From an uncultured bacterium (lineage in GTDB: Bacteria > CAYJRR01): 51,887 bases of DNA. Positions 21,044 to 31,004 of this stretch are shown here, piece after piece. The notes under the pieces are model-generated. The model was not told the DNA's origin and made no database searches. It saw only the letters and a list, made by a program, of their open reading frames with translations. Location of the stretch: NCBI GenBank assembly GCA_964372275.1, contig CAYJRR010000011.1, positions 1 through 51,887 of the forward strand, given 5' to 3'. The position numbers were made by a program, and so were the translations under genes. Positions within the stretch are counted from its first letter, which is position 1, and the number at the start of each line of letters is the position of its first letter.

Positions 21044-21682
21044 GTGCCCCCGACCGTACGCATCGCGCTGGCCGACGACCACAACGTGGTCCGGCAAGGA
21101 TTGCGCGCGCTGCTCGAGGCGGTCCCCGACTTCGCCGTCGTCGCCGAGGCGCGTGACGGGACGCAGATGGTGGAGGCGGTGCTCCGCGAATCGCCGGACG
21201 TGGCGGTCGTCGACCTCGGGATGCCGGGTCTGAACGGCGTCGAGGCCACCCGGCGCATCGCGCGCGAGCGGCCCCGGATCCGGGTGCTCGTCCTTTCGAT
21301 GCACACCGGCGAGGAGTACGTGCGGGAGGCGCTTGCCGCCGGAGCCTCCGGCTACCTGGTGAAGGACTCGGCCGTCGACGATCTGGTACGCGCCATCCGC
21401 GCCGTCGCCCGGGGCGAGCGCTTCCTCTCCGACGCCATCGCCCCGGTCGCCGATCGCGTCGACAAGGCACACTCGCCGCTCGGTCGGCTCACGTCGCGCG
21501 AGCGCGAGGTGCTGCAGCGGATCGCCGAGGGGAACAGCAACAAGGAGATCGCCTCCTCCCTGTCGCTCTCGGTCAAGACGATCGAGGCGCATCGAACCAA
21601 CCTCATGACCAAGCTCGACATCCACGACACGGCGAGCCTCACCCGCTTCGCGCTCGCCCGGGGCCTGGTTCGCGCCGACTGA
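21044..21682 (+). CDS. NarL/LuxR-family response regulator (no adjacent kinase)
   Basis: REC domain (ADDH, VVDLGMPGLNG, LSMH, YLVK) plus LuxR HTH (LTSREREVL...SVKTIEAHR). Confidence 0.93.
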   Translation: MPPTVRIALADDHNVVRQGLRALLEAVPDFAVVAEARDGTQMVEAVLRESPDVAVVDLGMPGLNGVEATRRIARERPRIRVLVLSMHTGEEYVREALAAGASGYLVKDSAVDDLVRAIRAVARGERFLSDAIAPVADRVDKAHSPLGRLTSREREVLQRIAEGNSNKEIASSLSLSVKTIEAHRTNLMTKLDIHDTASLTRFALARGLVRAD

Positions 21683-21684
21683 CG

Positions 21685-21713
21685 TTGACAGGGTCGTCGC
21701 CGCTTGTTTATCT
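21685..21713 (+). promoter_or_regulatory. Sigma70 promoter of the liv operon
   Basis: TTGACA, 17 nt, TTATCT with TG two bases upstream of the -10; GGAGG RBS downstream. Confidence 0.6.
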
Positions 21714-21753
21714 GCTCGAACTTGTTGGCCGTTTTCTCCGGAGGACCGATTCG

Positions 21754-22932
21754 ATGATCCGACCCCGTTCGCTTCGTGTGGCCCTTTGGTTCGTGGCCGC
21801 GTCGTTCGCCGGCGGCGCCTGCAACAACGGCGGAAAGTCGACCGGGGAGGGGAGCCCGGCCGCCGCCGCGCCGGAGGTGATCAAGGTCGGCGAGTTCGTC
21901 TCGCTCACCGGAGGGACGGCGACCTTCGGGCAGTCGACCGACAAGGGGGTGCAGCTGGCGCTGGACGAGATCAACAAGGCCGGCGGCGTCCTGGGGAAAC
22001 CGATCAAGGTGATCGTCGAGGACACGCAGAGCAAGCCCGAGACTTCGAAGACGGCGGTGGTGAAGCTGATCAAGCAGGACCGCGTGGTGGCGCTCCTCGG
22101 CGAGATCGCCTCCTCGCGCACGCTCGCGGCGGCCCCCGAGGCCCAGCGCTCGCAGGTGCCGCTCGTCACCCCCGGCTCGACCAATCCCGAGGTGACGGCC
22201 AAGGGGGACTACATCTTCCGCATCTGCTTCATCGACCCGTTCCAAGGCCTGGTGATGGCGCGCTTCGCCGCGAACGACCTGAAGCTCAGGAAGGCGGCGA
22301 TCCTCAAGGACGTGAAGAACGACTACTCGGTCGGCCTGGCGAAGTTCTTCGCCGACGAGTTCGTGCGGCTCGGAGGCCAGGTGGTGGCGGAGGAGGGCTA
22401 CTCCGAGGGGGACAGCGATTTCAAGGCGCAGCTCACCGCGATCAAGTCGAAATCGCCGGAGATCCTGGTCGTCCCCGGCTACTACACCGAGGTCGGGATC
22501 ATCGCCAACCAGGCGCGCGATCTCGGCATGAAGCAGCCGCTCCTGGGCGGCGATGGGTGGGACTCGGCCAAGACGATCGAGATCGGCGGGAAGGCGATCG
22601 AAGGGAGCTACTTCACCAACCATTACGCCACCGACGATCCGAACCCGGTGGTGCAGGAGTTCATCGCCAAGTACAAGGCGAGGTTCGGCGGCGAGATGCC
22701 GGACGCGATGGCGGCGCTGGGCTACGACACGATGCGCCTTCTGGCCGACGCCCTGAAGCGGGCCGGCGCGACCGACGGGCCGGCGCTGCGGCAGGCGATC
22801 GCCGACACCAAGGAGTTCCCGGCGGTCACGGGGGCGGTGACGATCGACGCCGAACGGAACGCCAAGAAGCCGATCACCGTCATCAAGATCGAGGACGGCC
22901 AGTTCAAGCTCGCCAAGGCGATCGCTCCATGA
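21754..22932 (+). CDS. livK: Branched-chain amino acid ABC transporter substrate-binding lipoprotein
   Basis: GGAGG then ATG 21754; lipobox GGA-C; SLTG, INKAGGVLG, FRICFID, GGDGWDS. Confidence 0.9.
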   Translation: MIRPRSLRVALWFVAASFAGGACNNGGKSTGEGSPAAAAPEVIKVGEFVSLTGGTATFGQSTDKGVQLALDEINKAGGVLGKPIKVIVEDTQSKPETSKTAVVKLIKQDRVVALLGEIASSRTLAAAPEAQRSQVPLVTPGSTNPEVTAKGDYIFRICFIDPFQGLVMARFAANDLKLRKAAILKDVKNDYSVGLAKFFADEFVRLGGQVVAEEGYSEGDSDFKAQLTAIKSKSPEILVVPGYYTEVGIIANQARDLGMKQPLLGGDGWDSAKTIEIGGKAIEGSYFTNHYATDDPNPVVQEFIAKYKARFGGEMPDAMAALGYDTMRLLADALKRAGATDGPALRQAIADTKEFPAVTGAVTIDAERNAKKPITVIKIEDGQFKLAKAIAP

Positions 22933-22970
22933 CGAAGCCTGCCTTCCGCGGCGTGTTCTGACGAGCGCGC

Positions 22971-23897
22971 GTGGCGACCTTCCTGCAGCAGCTCGTCAAC
23001 GGCATCGCCTGGGGAAGCGTCTACGCGCTGATCGCGTTGGGCTACACCATGGTCTACGGCGTGCTGCGGATGATCAACTTCGCGCACGGCGACGTGGTGA
23101 TGGTCGGGGCGATGGTCGGTCTGTGGGTGACGAAGGGCCTGTCGGGCGCCCTCGGGATCGATCCCGGCGCCGGCAGCGTCGTCGTCTTCCTGGCGGTGAT
23201 GCCGGTGGCGATGGCGGCGTGCGCGCTGACGGGGGTGACGATCGAGCGCGCGGCGTACCGTCCGTTGCGCCGATCGCCGCGGATCACGGTCTTGATCACC
23301 GCCATCGGCGTCTCCTTCCTGCTGGAGTACGGCGGTCAGGCGGTGCTGGGCGCGACCCCCCGCTTCTTCCCGCGGCTGGTCGGCGACGGGAAGATCTCGC
23401 TGGCGGTCGGCGACGGGACACTGATCGTCCCGCACATCGACCTGATCACGGTCGGCGTCGGTCTTCTGCTGATGGTCCTGCTGCAGTTGGTCGTCTTCCG
23501 GACCCGGATCGGGAAGGCGATGCGCGCCGTCGCCCACAGCCACGACGCGTCGCGCCTGATGGGGATCGACGTCGACCGGATCATCACCCTGACCTTCGCC
23601 CTGGGGAGCGCGCTGGCGGCGGCCGCGGGGGTCCTCTACGCCGTCAAGGTCAACAAGGTCGAGCCGCTGATGGGTCTGATGCCGGGGCTGAAGGCGTTCG
23701 TCGCCGCGGTGCTCGGGGGGATCGGCAACATCCCCGGCGCGGTGGTCGGAGGGTTGCTGCTGGGCGTGGCGGAGACGATGGTCGCGGGGTACCTCTCGTC
23801 GACCTACAAGGACGCGATCGCCTTCCTGCTCCTGATCGGGATCCTCCTCTTCAAGCCGACGGGCCTGTTCGGCTCGGTCGCCACGGAGAAGGTCTGA
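22971..23897 (+). CDS. livH: Branched-chain amino acid ABC permease
   Basis: YALIALGYTMVYG, INFAHGD, GKAMRA, KAFVAAVLGGIG. Confidence 0.93.
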   Translation: MATFLQQLVNGIAWGSVYALIALGYTMVYGVLRMINFAHGDVVMVGAMVGLWVTKGLSGALGIDPGAGSVVVFLAVMPVAMAACALTGVTIERAAYRPLRRSPRITVLITAIGVSFLLEYGGQAVLGATPRFFPRLVGDGKISLAVGDGTLIVPHIDLITVGVGLLLMVLLQLVVFRTRIGKAMRAVAHSHDASRLMGIDVDRIITLTFALGSALAAAAGVLYAVKVNKVEPLMGLMPGLKAFVAAVLGGIGNIPGAVVGGLLLGVAETMVAGYLSSTYKDAIAFLLLIGILLFKPTGLFGSVATEKV

Positions 23898-25015
23898 TGT
23901 CGGCGGGCCTCCCGTTCGACGTCGGCGCGTCCGGCGAACGCCGCGCCGCCGTGGTGACGGCGGGGCCGGCGGCGTATCGCCGGAGGGCGCTGGCCGGATG
24001 GGGGGCGGTCCTGGTCGGCGCCCCGCTCGCCTGCTGGGTCCTGAACCAGGGAATGGCGGCGGCCCTCGAGCGGTGGCCCGACACCGTGCTCCCCTACGCG
24101 TCGCTCCTCCTGCTGCGCATCGGCGTCAACGTGGTCCTCGCGGTCAGCCTCAACCTGATCAACGGCTACACCGGGCAGTTCTCCCTCGGACACGCCGGGT
24201 TCATGGCGATCGGCGCCTACGTCTCCGCGGCGCTGATGCACTACGCGCGCCCGTCGGCGATCGGGGCCGATCCCGGCGCGGTCGTCGCCGCGATCTGGTT
24301 CGCGGCGACGCTGTGCCTCGCAGGGGTCGCCGCGGCGGCCGCGGGGACGCTGGTCGGGATCCCGTCGCTCCGGCTGAAAGGGGACTACCTGGCGATCGTG
24401 ACCCTCGGCTTCGGCGAGATCATCCGCGTCGTACTCCTGAACGTCGACGAGCTGGGCGGTCCGAGGGGCTTCTCCGACCTGGAGCCGGTGGCCGATTTGT
24501 TCTGGGTGCTGGTGGGTGTGATCGCGGTGGTGGTGGTGACGCGAAACATGGTCGCCTCCACCCGCGGGCTCGGATTTCTCGCCGTGCGCGACGACGAGAT
24601 CGCCGCCGAGGCGGTGGGGATCAACACCACGCGTTACAAGGTGACGGCGTTCGTCGTCGGCGCCTTCTTCGCCGGCGTCGGCGGAGGTCTCTACGCCCAC
24701 ACCGAGGCCTACATCATCCCGGGGGCGTTCAACTTCGAGAAGAGCATGGAGGTGGTGGCGATCGTCGTGCTCGGCGGGCTGGGGAGCATCCGCGGGTCGA
24801 TCGCCGCCGCGGCGGGGCTGACGCTGCTCCCGGAGCTGTTGCGCGGCGCCTTCCTGCCGGAGGTCGTCCGCGATGCCGTACCGGACGCGGTCTGGACCGC
24901 GCTCCCCAACTGGCGGATGGTGATCTATTCGCTGATCCTGATCGCGGCGATGCTGATCCAGTCCCGCGGCGCGCTCTACCGCCGGCGCCGGAAGCCCGCG
25001 GAGGGGCGCCGATGA
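23897..25015 (+). CDS. livM: Branched-chain amino acid ABC permease
   Basis: TGATG overlap with livH; GYTGQFSLGHAGF, LKGDYLAIVTLGFGEI, VVLGGLGS. Confidence 0.93.
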   Translation: MSAGLPFDVGASGERRAAVVTAGPAAYRRRALAGWGAVLVGAPLACWVLNQGMAAALERWPDTVLPYASLLLLRIGVNVVLAVSLNLINGYTGQFSLGHAGFMAIGAYVSAALMHYARPSAIGADPGAVVAAIWFAATLCLAGVAAAAAGTLVGIPSLRLKGDYLAIVTLGFGEIIRVVLLNVDELGGPRGFSDLEPVADLFWVLVGVIAVVVVTRNMVASTRGLGFLAVRDDEIAAEAVGINTTRYKVTAFVVGAFFAGVGGGLYAHTEAYIIPGAFNFEKSMEVVAIVVLGGLGSIRGSIAAAAGLTLLPELLRGAFLPEVVRDAVPDAVWTALPNWRMVIYSLILIAAMLIQSRGALYRRRRKPAEGRR

Positions 25016-25845
25016 AGGCGCCCGGAACGGAGGCCGCGGCGGTCCCGGCGGAGAGCGGCCCGCCGGTGCTGGCGATGGACCGGGTGACGCTGCGGTTCGG
25101 TGGCCTCACCGCGGTCAGCGCCTTTTCGCTGAGCGTCCCTCGCGGGGCGCTCTACGCCATCATCGGCCCCAACGGCGCCGGAAAGACGACGGCCTTCAAC
25201 CTGATCACCGGCGTCTACCGGCCGACCGAGGGGACGATCGCCTTCGAGGGGGAGGTGGTCGCGTCGGGGGGGACGACGCCGTTCCGGCGCCGGCCCTACG
25301 AGCTGTCGGCGCGCGGGATCGCCCGCACCTTCCAGAACATCCGCCTCTTCACCTCCCTCTCGGTGCTGGAGAACGTGCGGACCGCCTTCCAGCAGCGCCT
25401 GCGGACGGGTCTCTTCGCCGCGACGGCGCGGAGCGGGTCGTTCCGCGCCGAAGAGGTGGCGGTCGAGCGGGAGGCGAGGGAGCTTCTCGCGCTGGTCGAC
25501 CTGGAGCCGTTGGCCCTGGCCGAGGCGCGGAACCTCGCCTACGGCGAGCAGCGCCGCCTGGAGATCGCGCGCGCGCTGGCCACGCGGCCGAAGCTCCTCC
25601 TGCTCGACGAACCGGCGGCGGGGATGAACCCGGCCGAAAAGATGCGGCTGATGGAGATGGTGCGGCAGCTCCGGGACCGGTTCGGCCTCACCATCGTGAT
25701 GATCGAGCACGACATGCGCTTCGTGATGGGTTCGGCCGAGCGGATCGCGGTGCTCGATCACGGAGAGAAGATCGCCGAGGGGACCCCCGCCGAGGTGCGG
25801 GCCGACCCGGCGGTGATCGAGGCCTACCTTGGGGAGCCGACGTGA
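25012..25845 (+). CDS. livG: Branched-chain amino acid ABC ATPase
   Basis: GPNGAGKTT, RTFQNIRLF, LAYGEQRRLEIARA, DEPAAG, IEHDM, VIEAYLG. Confidence 0.93.
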   Translation: MKAPGTEAAAVPAESGPPVLAMDRVTLRFGGLTAVSAFSLSVPRGALYAIIGPNGAGKTTAFNLITGVYRPTEGTIAFEGEVVASGGTTPFRRRPYELSARGIARTFQNIRLFTSLSVLENVRTAFQQRLRTGLFAATARSGSFRAEEVAVEREARELLALVDLEPLALAEARNLAYGEQRRLEIARALATRPKLLLLDEPAAGMNPAEKMRLMEMVRQLRDRFGLTIVMIEHDMRFVMGSAERIAVLDHGEKIAEGTPAEVRADPAVIEAYLGEPT

Positions 25846-26603
25846 CGGAGGCCCAGGCGATCGCGGCGGGGGTCGGCGTCGTGCTCGACGTGCAGGACCT
25901 CCACGTCTCCTACGGGGCGGTGAAGGCGCTGCAGGGGGTCTCGCTCCAGATCCGCCAAGGGGAGATCGTGACCCTGATCGGCGGAAACGGCGCCGGAAAG
26001 ACGACGCTGCTGCGGACCCTCTCGGGGCTGGTTCGTCCATGGAAGGGGCGGATTCGCTACTTCGCCCACGAGGGGGCCGGCGAAGGAGAGAACCTGGCGA
26101 CGTTGGCGGCGCACCGGACGGTGGCGCTGGGGCTGTCGCACGTGCCGGAGGGCCGGATGGTCTTCCCCGAGCTGACGGTCCTGGAGAACCTCGAACTCGG
26201 CGCCTACCTCCGACCCCGAACGGAGATCTCCGTCGACCTGGAAAAGGTCTTCGCGCTCTTCCCCCGCCTGAAGGAGCGGCACGCGCAGTCGGCGGGAACC
26301 CTCTCGGGCGGAGAGCAGCAGATGCTGGCGATCGGCCGGGCGATGATGGGCCGGCCGCGCGTGCTCCTGATGGACGAGCCGTCGCTGGGGATCGCGCCGA
26401 TGCTCGTCCGAAGCATCTTCGCCAAGATCAAGGAGATCAACGCGGCCGGCACGACGATCCTGCTGGTCGAGCAGAACGCGCACATGGCGCTGTCGGTCGC
26501 CCACCGCGGATACGTCCTCGAGACGGGGAAGATCGTGATCGAGGGACCGGCGGCGCAGCTGTCGGCCGACGAGAACGTCCGCCGCGCCTACCTGGGCGAA
26601 TGA
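25842..26603 (+). CDS. livF: Branched-chain amino acid ABC ATPase
   Basis: [37 protein letters not shown]. Confidence 0.93.
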   Translation: MTEAQAIAAGVGVVLDVQDLHVSYGAVKALQGVSLQIRQGEIVTLIGGNGAGKTTLLRTLSGLVRPWKGRIRYFAHEGAGEGENLATLAAHRTVALGLSHVPEGRMVFPELTVLENLELGAYLRPRTEISVDLEKVFALFPRLKERHAQSAGTLSGGEQQMLAIGRAMMGRPRVLLMDEPSLGIAPMLVRSIFAKIKEINAAGTTILLVEQNAHMALSVAHRGYVLETGKIVIEGPAAQLSADENVRRAYLGE

Positions 26604-27160
26604 ACGTGCCGAGCCACCACACGCCCGGGGGGAAGACCCCCGATCCTCCGCGGCCGGCGGTGTGGGAAACGGAGACGCGCTCGGCGGCGGAGACGGTGGC
26701 GCTGGGGGAGCGTATCGGGCGGATGGCGCAACCGGGATGGGTGCTGGCCCTGACCGGCGATCTGGGGGCCGGGAAGACGACCTTCACCCGGGGTCTCGCG
26801 GCCGGAGCGGGGGCCGATCCCCGGGAAGTCACCAGCCCCACCTTCGTCTTCCTGCACCGCTACGCGGGACGGATTCCCGTCTACCATCTCGACCTCTACC
26901 GGGTGGAGGGGGCGGAGGCGGCGCGAGGTCTCGGGGTGGACGAGTTCGTGGGGGGGGACGGCGTGGCGGTGGTGGAGTGGTCCGAGCGGGCGCCCGAGCT
27001 CTTGCCGCCGGCGCGTCTGGAGATCGAGCTCACGATCCTGACTGGCGAAAGACGACGGATCACGCTACGAACCGTCGGAGAGGGGCCCGGGGAGGTCCCC
27101 GGCGGAGCCCGAACGGGCGGACGCGGCTGGCAGGATCTTCTCCGGGAGCTATGGCACTGA
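26600..27160 (+). CDS. tsaE: tRNA threonylcarbamoyladenosine biosynthesis ATPase
   Basis: [29 protein letters not shown] overlap with livF. Confidence 0.93.
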   Translation: MNVPSHHTPGGKTPDPPRPAVWETETRSAAETVALGERIGRMAQPGWVLALTGDLGAGKTTFTRGLAAGAGADPREVTSPTFVFLHRYAGRIPVYHLDLYRVEGAEAARGLGVDEFVGGDGVAVVEWSERAPELLPPARLEIELTILTGERRRITLRTVGEGPGEVPGGARTGGRGWQDLLRELWH

Positions 27161-28422
27161 TCGTCCAGAAATACGGCGGCTCGAGCATGGGGTCGCTCGA
27201 CCGGATCAAGCTGGTCGCCAAGCGGGTGGCGAAGACCAAGGCGCGCGGACACGACCTGCTCGTCGTCGTCTCGGCGATGAGCGGCGAGACCGACCGCCTG
27301 ATCAAGCTGGCGAAGGGGATCGTGGAGCATCCCGACGGCCGCGAGTACGACGCGCTGGTGTCGACCGGCGAGAACGTTTCGACCGCGCTGCTGGCGATGA
27401 CCTTGAACGCGATGAAGCGCCCGGCGATCAGCTTCGCCGCCCACCAGGTGAAGATCCTCACCGACTCGGTGCACGCCAAAGCGCGGATCGAGTCGATCGA
27501 CTCGACCCGGATCCGGGCCGAGTTCGAGCGGGGGCGGATCGTCGTGGTCGCGGGCTTCCAGGGGGTCGACGAGAAAGGGGACGTCACCACCCTCGGGCGC
27601 GGCGGCAGCGATACCACGGCGGTGGCGATCGCGTCGGCTCTCAAGGCCGACGTCTGCGAGATCTACACCGACGTGGACGGGGTCTACACCGCCGACCCGC
27701 GGATCGTCCCGGAGGCGCGCAAGCTCAAGCGCGTCGCCTACGAGGAGATGCTGGAGATGGCCTCGCTCGGGGCCAAAGTGCTCCAGATCCGCTCGGTGGA
27801 GTTCGCCGCCAAGTACGGCGTCGACCTCCGCTGCCGCTCCACCTTCAGCAACGATCCGGGAACGCTCGTCTGCAAAGAGGACCGCAGCATGGAAAAGGAA
27901 GTCGTCTCCGGCGTCACCTACAACAAGGACGAGGCGAAGATCTCGATCCGCCACATCCCCGACTCTCCCGGGATCGCGTCGAAGATCTTCACGCCGATCG
28001 GCGAAGCGAACATCAACGTCGACATGATCATCCAGAACGTGTCGAAAGAGGGGTTCACCGACCTGACGTTCACGGTGCCGAAGTCGGACCTCTGGCAGGC
28101 GCTCCGGATCGTGAAATCGACCGCCAAGCAGATCGGGGCGCGCGGCGTGGTCGGCGACGCCAACGTGGCGAAGGTCTCGGTCGTCGGCGTCGGGATGCGC
28201 AGCCACTCCGGCGTGGCGACGACGATGTTCTCGGCGCTGGCCGGGGAGGGGATCAACATCCAGATGATCTCCACCTCCGAAATCAAGATCTCCTGCGTGA
28301 TCGAGGAGAAGTACACCGAGCTGGCGGTGCGGGTGCTGCACGACGCGTTCAAGCTGAGCCAGCCGCGCGCCGACGCGGTGGAGGCCAAGCAACCCAAGGC
28401 AAAGGTCCAGCGGACGAGTTGA
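27151..28422 (+). CDS. lysC: Aspartate kinase
   Basis: [31 protein letters not shown], two ACT domains, ISTSEIKIS. Confidence 0.97.
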   Translation: MALIVQKYGGSSMGSLDRIKLVAKRVAKTKARGHDLLVVVSAMSGETDRLIKLAKGIVEHPDGREYDALVSTGENVSTALLAMTLNAMKRPAISFAAHQVKILTDSVHAKARIESIDSTRIRAEFERGRIVVVAGFQGVDEKGDVTTLGRGGSDTTAVAIASALKADVCEIYTDVDGVYTADPRIVPEARKLKRVAYEEMLEMASLGAKVLQIRSVEFAAKYGVDLRCRSTFSNDPGTLVCKEDRSMEKEVVSGVTYNKDEAKISIRHIPDSPGIASKIFTPIGEANINVDMIIQNVSKEGFTDLTFTVPKSDLWQALRIVKSTAKQIGARGVVGDANVAKVSVVGVGMRSHSGVATTMFSALAGEGINIQMISTSEIKISCVIEEKYTELAVRVLHDAFKLSQPRADAVEAKQPKAKVQRTS

Positions 28423-28572
28423 CCGCCGGGGCGCATCGAGCGTCCCGCGTAGTACCCGGTACGACCTGTCCCGACCTGCGGCAATGCCGTCGCGCCGGAT
28501 CGGCAAGCTCGCGGAATTGCGTGCGGCGGAGCGTGCCGTGGCGTGATCCGCTTCTTGCACTCGACCGACGGC

Positions 28573-30000
28573 ATGGGACGAGCGGCGGATGGCGAGCGGC
28601 ATGAAGGGCGAACGTCCCGGCGGCGTCGTGTCGCCGTCGTCGCGGCCTTGGTGGCAGCCACGTGCGGCAAACCGACGATTCGCGATCTGGGCGGGGAGGG
28701 GGGGCACTCGTCGGCGATCGATCCCGCGCCGACGATCCGCTTTCCGGCCGAGACCGACAGCAACAGCCCCGCCCACTGGATCGACGGTCGGCTGATTGTC
28801 TTCAACTCGGTCGACAACGCCCACCCGGAGCCGCAGGGATGGGTGCCGCAGCGGAGCACCGGGGACTCGCTGGAAGATCTCGCAGAACCGGTGCACGTCC
28901 GCTACCTCGGCGATCGCTTCGACGGTGTCACCGAGGGCCGGCAGTGGCTCGAGGCGACCTGGAAGGACGAGGCGACCGGGATCCTCTACGGCTGGTACCA
29001 CAACGAGCCGTGGGGCCTCTGCCCGGGAAAGCCGCTGACGGCGCCGCGCATCGGCGCGGTGCGCTCGTTCGACGACGGACTTTCGTTCGAAGACCTGGGG
29101 CTCATCCTCGAAGCCCCCTCCGGAACGCTGCGCTGCAACACGCAGAACGGCTACTTCGCCGGCGGGAACGGCGACTTCTCGGTGATGCTCGATCCGGCGG
29201 AGGAGTACCTCTACTTCGTCTTCAGCGCCTACGCCGGTCCCGTCCACCGGCAGGGGATCTCGCTGGCGTGGATGCGCTGGTCCGACCGGAACGCTCCGCA
29301 GGGGAAGGTCTACAAGTGGAACGACGGCGATTGGCTTTCGCCGGGCCGGCGCGGGCTCGCGTCGCCGATCTTCCCGGCACGGTCCGACTGGGGCGGACCG
29401 AACCCCGACGTCTTCTGGGGACCGTCGATCCACTGGAACGCGTACCTTGAGCAGTACGTGATCCTGATGAACCGCGCCGTCTCGTCGGCGTGGGACCAGG
29501 ACGGGATCTACGCCAGCTTCGGCTCGAGCCTCGACGATCCGCACGGCTGGAGTGTTCCGGAGAAGGTCTTCGCCGCGCGCGCCGGGGATGACTGGTATCC
29601 GCAGGTCTTCGGGCTGGAGGAGGGCGGCACCGACAAACGGGCCGGGCGGGTGGCGCGCCTCTTCGTCCGGGGCGAATCGGCCTGGACGATCGACTTCGCC
29701 ACGCTCCGCGCCCAGCTCGTCGGCGAGGTGCGGATCGCGGGGGCGCCGGTCGGCGGCCTCTACGTCTCCGCGTGGGGTCACGACCGGGGCGACTTCTTCG
29801 TCACCCACACCGATCCGCAGGGGAGGTTCCGGCTCAAGGGGCTGGTCCCCGACTCCCTCTACAACGTGGCGATCAACGTGCTGTGGACCCCGAACGGATA
29901 CCAGCCGGTCGACCCCACACACGACGTCGCCATTCGCAACGACGTCGCCCTCGTCGCCGGCCCGGATTGGGCCCGCGTCGACATCGAGCTGGCGCGATAG
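28573..30000 (+). CDS. Hypothetical lipoprotein: Trp/Gly-rich beta-propeller (glycoside-hydrolase/DUF4185-like) plus C-terminal beta-sandwich
   Basis: RRRR, hydrophobic stretch, AAT-C signal; Asp-box-like SFDDGLSF; WYHNE, WGPSIHWN, WYPQ. Start uncertain (28543 or 28573). Confidence 0.7.
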   Translation: MGRAADGERHEGRTSRRRRVAVVAALVAATCGKPTIRDLGGEGGHSSAIDPAPTIRFPAETDSNSPAHWIDGRLIVFNSVDNAHPEPQGWVPQRSTGDSLEDLAEPVHVRYLGDRFDGVTEGRQWLEATWKDEATGILYGWYHNEPWGLCPGKPLTAPRIGAVRSFDDGLSFEDLGLILEAPSGTLRCNTQNGYFAGGNGDFSVMLDPAEEYLYFVFSAYAGPVHRQGISLAWMRWSDRNAPQGKVYKWNDGDWLSPGRRGLASPIFPARSDWGGPNPDVFWGPSIHWNAYLEQYVILMNRAVSSAWDQDGIYASFGSSLDDPHGWSVPEKVFAARAGDDWYPQVFGLEEGGTDKRAGRVARLFVRGESAWTIDFATLRAQLVGEVRIAGAPVGGLYVSAWGHDRGDFFVTHTDPQGRFRLKGLVPDSLYNVAINVLWTPNGYQPVDPTHDVAIRNDVALVAGPDWARVDIELAR

Positions 30001-30162
30001 GGAGCGGCGTCCGCCTCCGTCCGCGCCGTTTGTCGGCGTGGACATCTCGATCGGGCCGATCTGTGCGCGCCATCACAACAAAGACCCATGTGCACGGGAT
30101 TGCTCATTTTCTTCCCGTAGAATGAGCAACAGATCGTCGCGGAGCGGACGTGGGAGGGTGAC

Positions 30163-30720
30163 ATGGCGAGCCGATCGGTGGGGGCGTGGGCGATGGCGTC
30201 GATGATCGTCGCCGCGGCCGGCTGCGGTGGCGGAGGCCCCGCGAAGCAGATGGATCCGGAGGAGTTCGTCGACTGGCTGGGGGAGGTCTTCGGGGGAGGC
30301 GGAGGTGGGGGTGGTGACGACGACGACACGCCCGAGGAGATCGGCGACTCGCCGCTCGATACGACATTCGACAACGTTCGCGAGGCGTTCGCATTGTACG
30401 ACTGCACCAACGCCGCTTGCCATTCGTCGGTATCGGCCGGTGGACTGTTCCTTGGCGTGAAGCCCGGGGAGACCGAGGACGAGGCGACCAGGACGCTCGT
30501 ATACCAAAGCTTGATGGAAGGTGGCTTGATCGAGCAGGCAGGAAATGGCGAGGTCGTCGACCTCGAGGTTCCCGAGGCCAGCACGATTCTCACCAAGGCG
30601 ACCGGCTTGGACCGGTTCGGAAACTCCGTCCCGCACGCAGGCGGCGCGCTCTGGACCCAGGCGGATGACGCCTACCTACTGGTGCTGGCCTGGATCGAAG
30701 CCGGTGCGCCGATGGATTGA
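30163..30720 (+). CDS. Lipoprotein with a CxxxxCH motif (possible atypical c-type cytochrome)
   Basis: GGGAGGG RBS; lipobox AAG-C; CTNAACH; distal PHAGG; C-terminal WIEAGA helix. Confidence 0.65.
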   Translation: MASRSVGAWAMASMIVAAAGCGGGGPAKQMDPEEFVDWLGEVFGGGGGGGGDDDDTPEEIGDSPLDTTFDNVREAFALYDCTNAACHSSVSAGGLFLGVKPGETEDEATRTLVYQSLMEGGLIEQAGNGEVVDLEVPEASTILTKATGLDRFGNSVPHAGGALWTQADDAYLLVLAWIEAGAPMD

Positions 30721-30766
30721 CGACCTCCAGGCGGCCCGGGACCGATCGTCGCTCGAGGAGTACCCA

Positions 30767-30795
30767 CGGCCGGCCCGAAAACCTCGGGCCGGCCG
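30767..30795. terminator. Perfect 12-bp hairpin between the convergent lipoprotein gene and tRNA-Ala
   Basis: CGGCCGGCCCGA-AAACC-TCGGGCCGGCCG. Confidence 0.6.
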
Positions 30796-30808
30796 CTCAC
30801 GTGTCGGG

Positions 30809-30881
30809 TGGAGGACAACGGATTCGAACCGTCGACCCCTACGTTGCGAACGTAGTGCTCTACCAACTGAGCTAGTCCCCC
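30809..30881 (-). tRNA. tRNA-Ala(CGC)
   Basis: Minus strand GGGGGAC TA GCTC AGTTGGTA GAGC A CTACG TT-CGC-AA CGTAG GGGTC GACGG TTCGAAT CCGTT GTCCTCC A; G3:U70 alanine identity pair. Confidence 0.96.
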
Positions 30882-30897
30882 GTTGGGGCAGCGCGGG

Positions 30898-30926
30898 ATT
30901 CTGGGGGGAGGCTGCCCGGAAATCAA
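30898..30926 (-). promoter_or_regulatory. Sigma70 promoter for tRNA-Ala
   Basis: TTGATT, 17 nt, CAGAAT, then GC-rich discriminator CCCGCGC. Confidence 0.65.
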
Positions 30927-30944
30927 GCTCCCGTCGGTTCGGAT

Positions 30945-30999
30945 CGGATTCCGACCGGTCACGGGTACCGGTACCGATACCGTAACGGGTTCGGATCCG
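30945..30999. repeat. Imperfect 55-nt palindrome built of hexamer units (REP-like)
   Basis: Left arm CGGATTCCGACCGGTCACGGGTACCGGT; reverse complement of right arm CGGATCCGAACCCGTTACGGTATCGGT. Confidence 0.6.
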
Positions 31000-31004
31000 A
31001 CGGG

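Noticed and set aside
30088-30105. Sigma54-like TGTGCACGGGATTGCT upstream of the CX4CH lipoprotein
   Set aside because: It lacks the GG and the spacing is one base short of GG-N10-GC.
28423-30808. Genomic island integrated at the tRNA-Ala 3' end
   Set aside because: No integrase and no duplicated tRNA 3' end (att repeat) was found near lysC.
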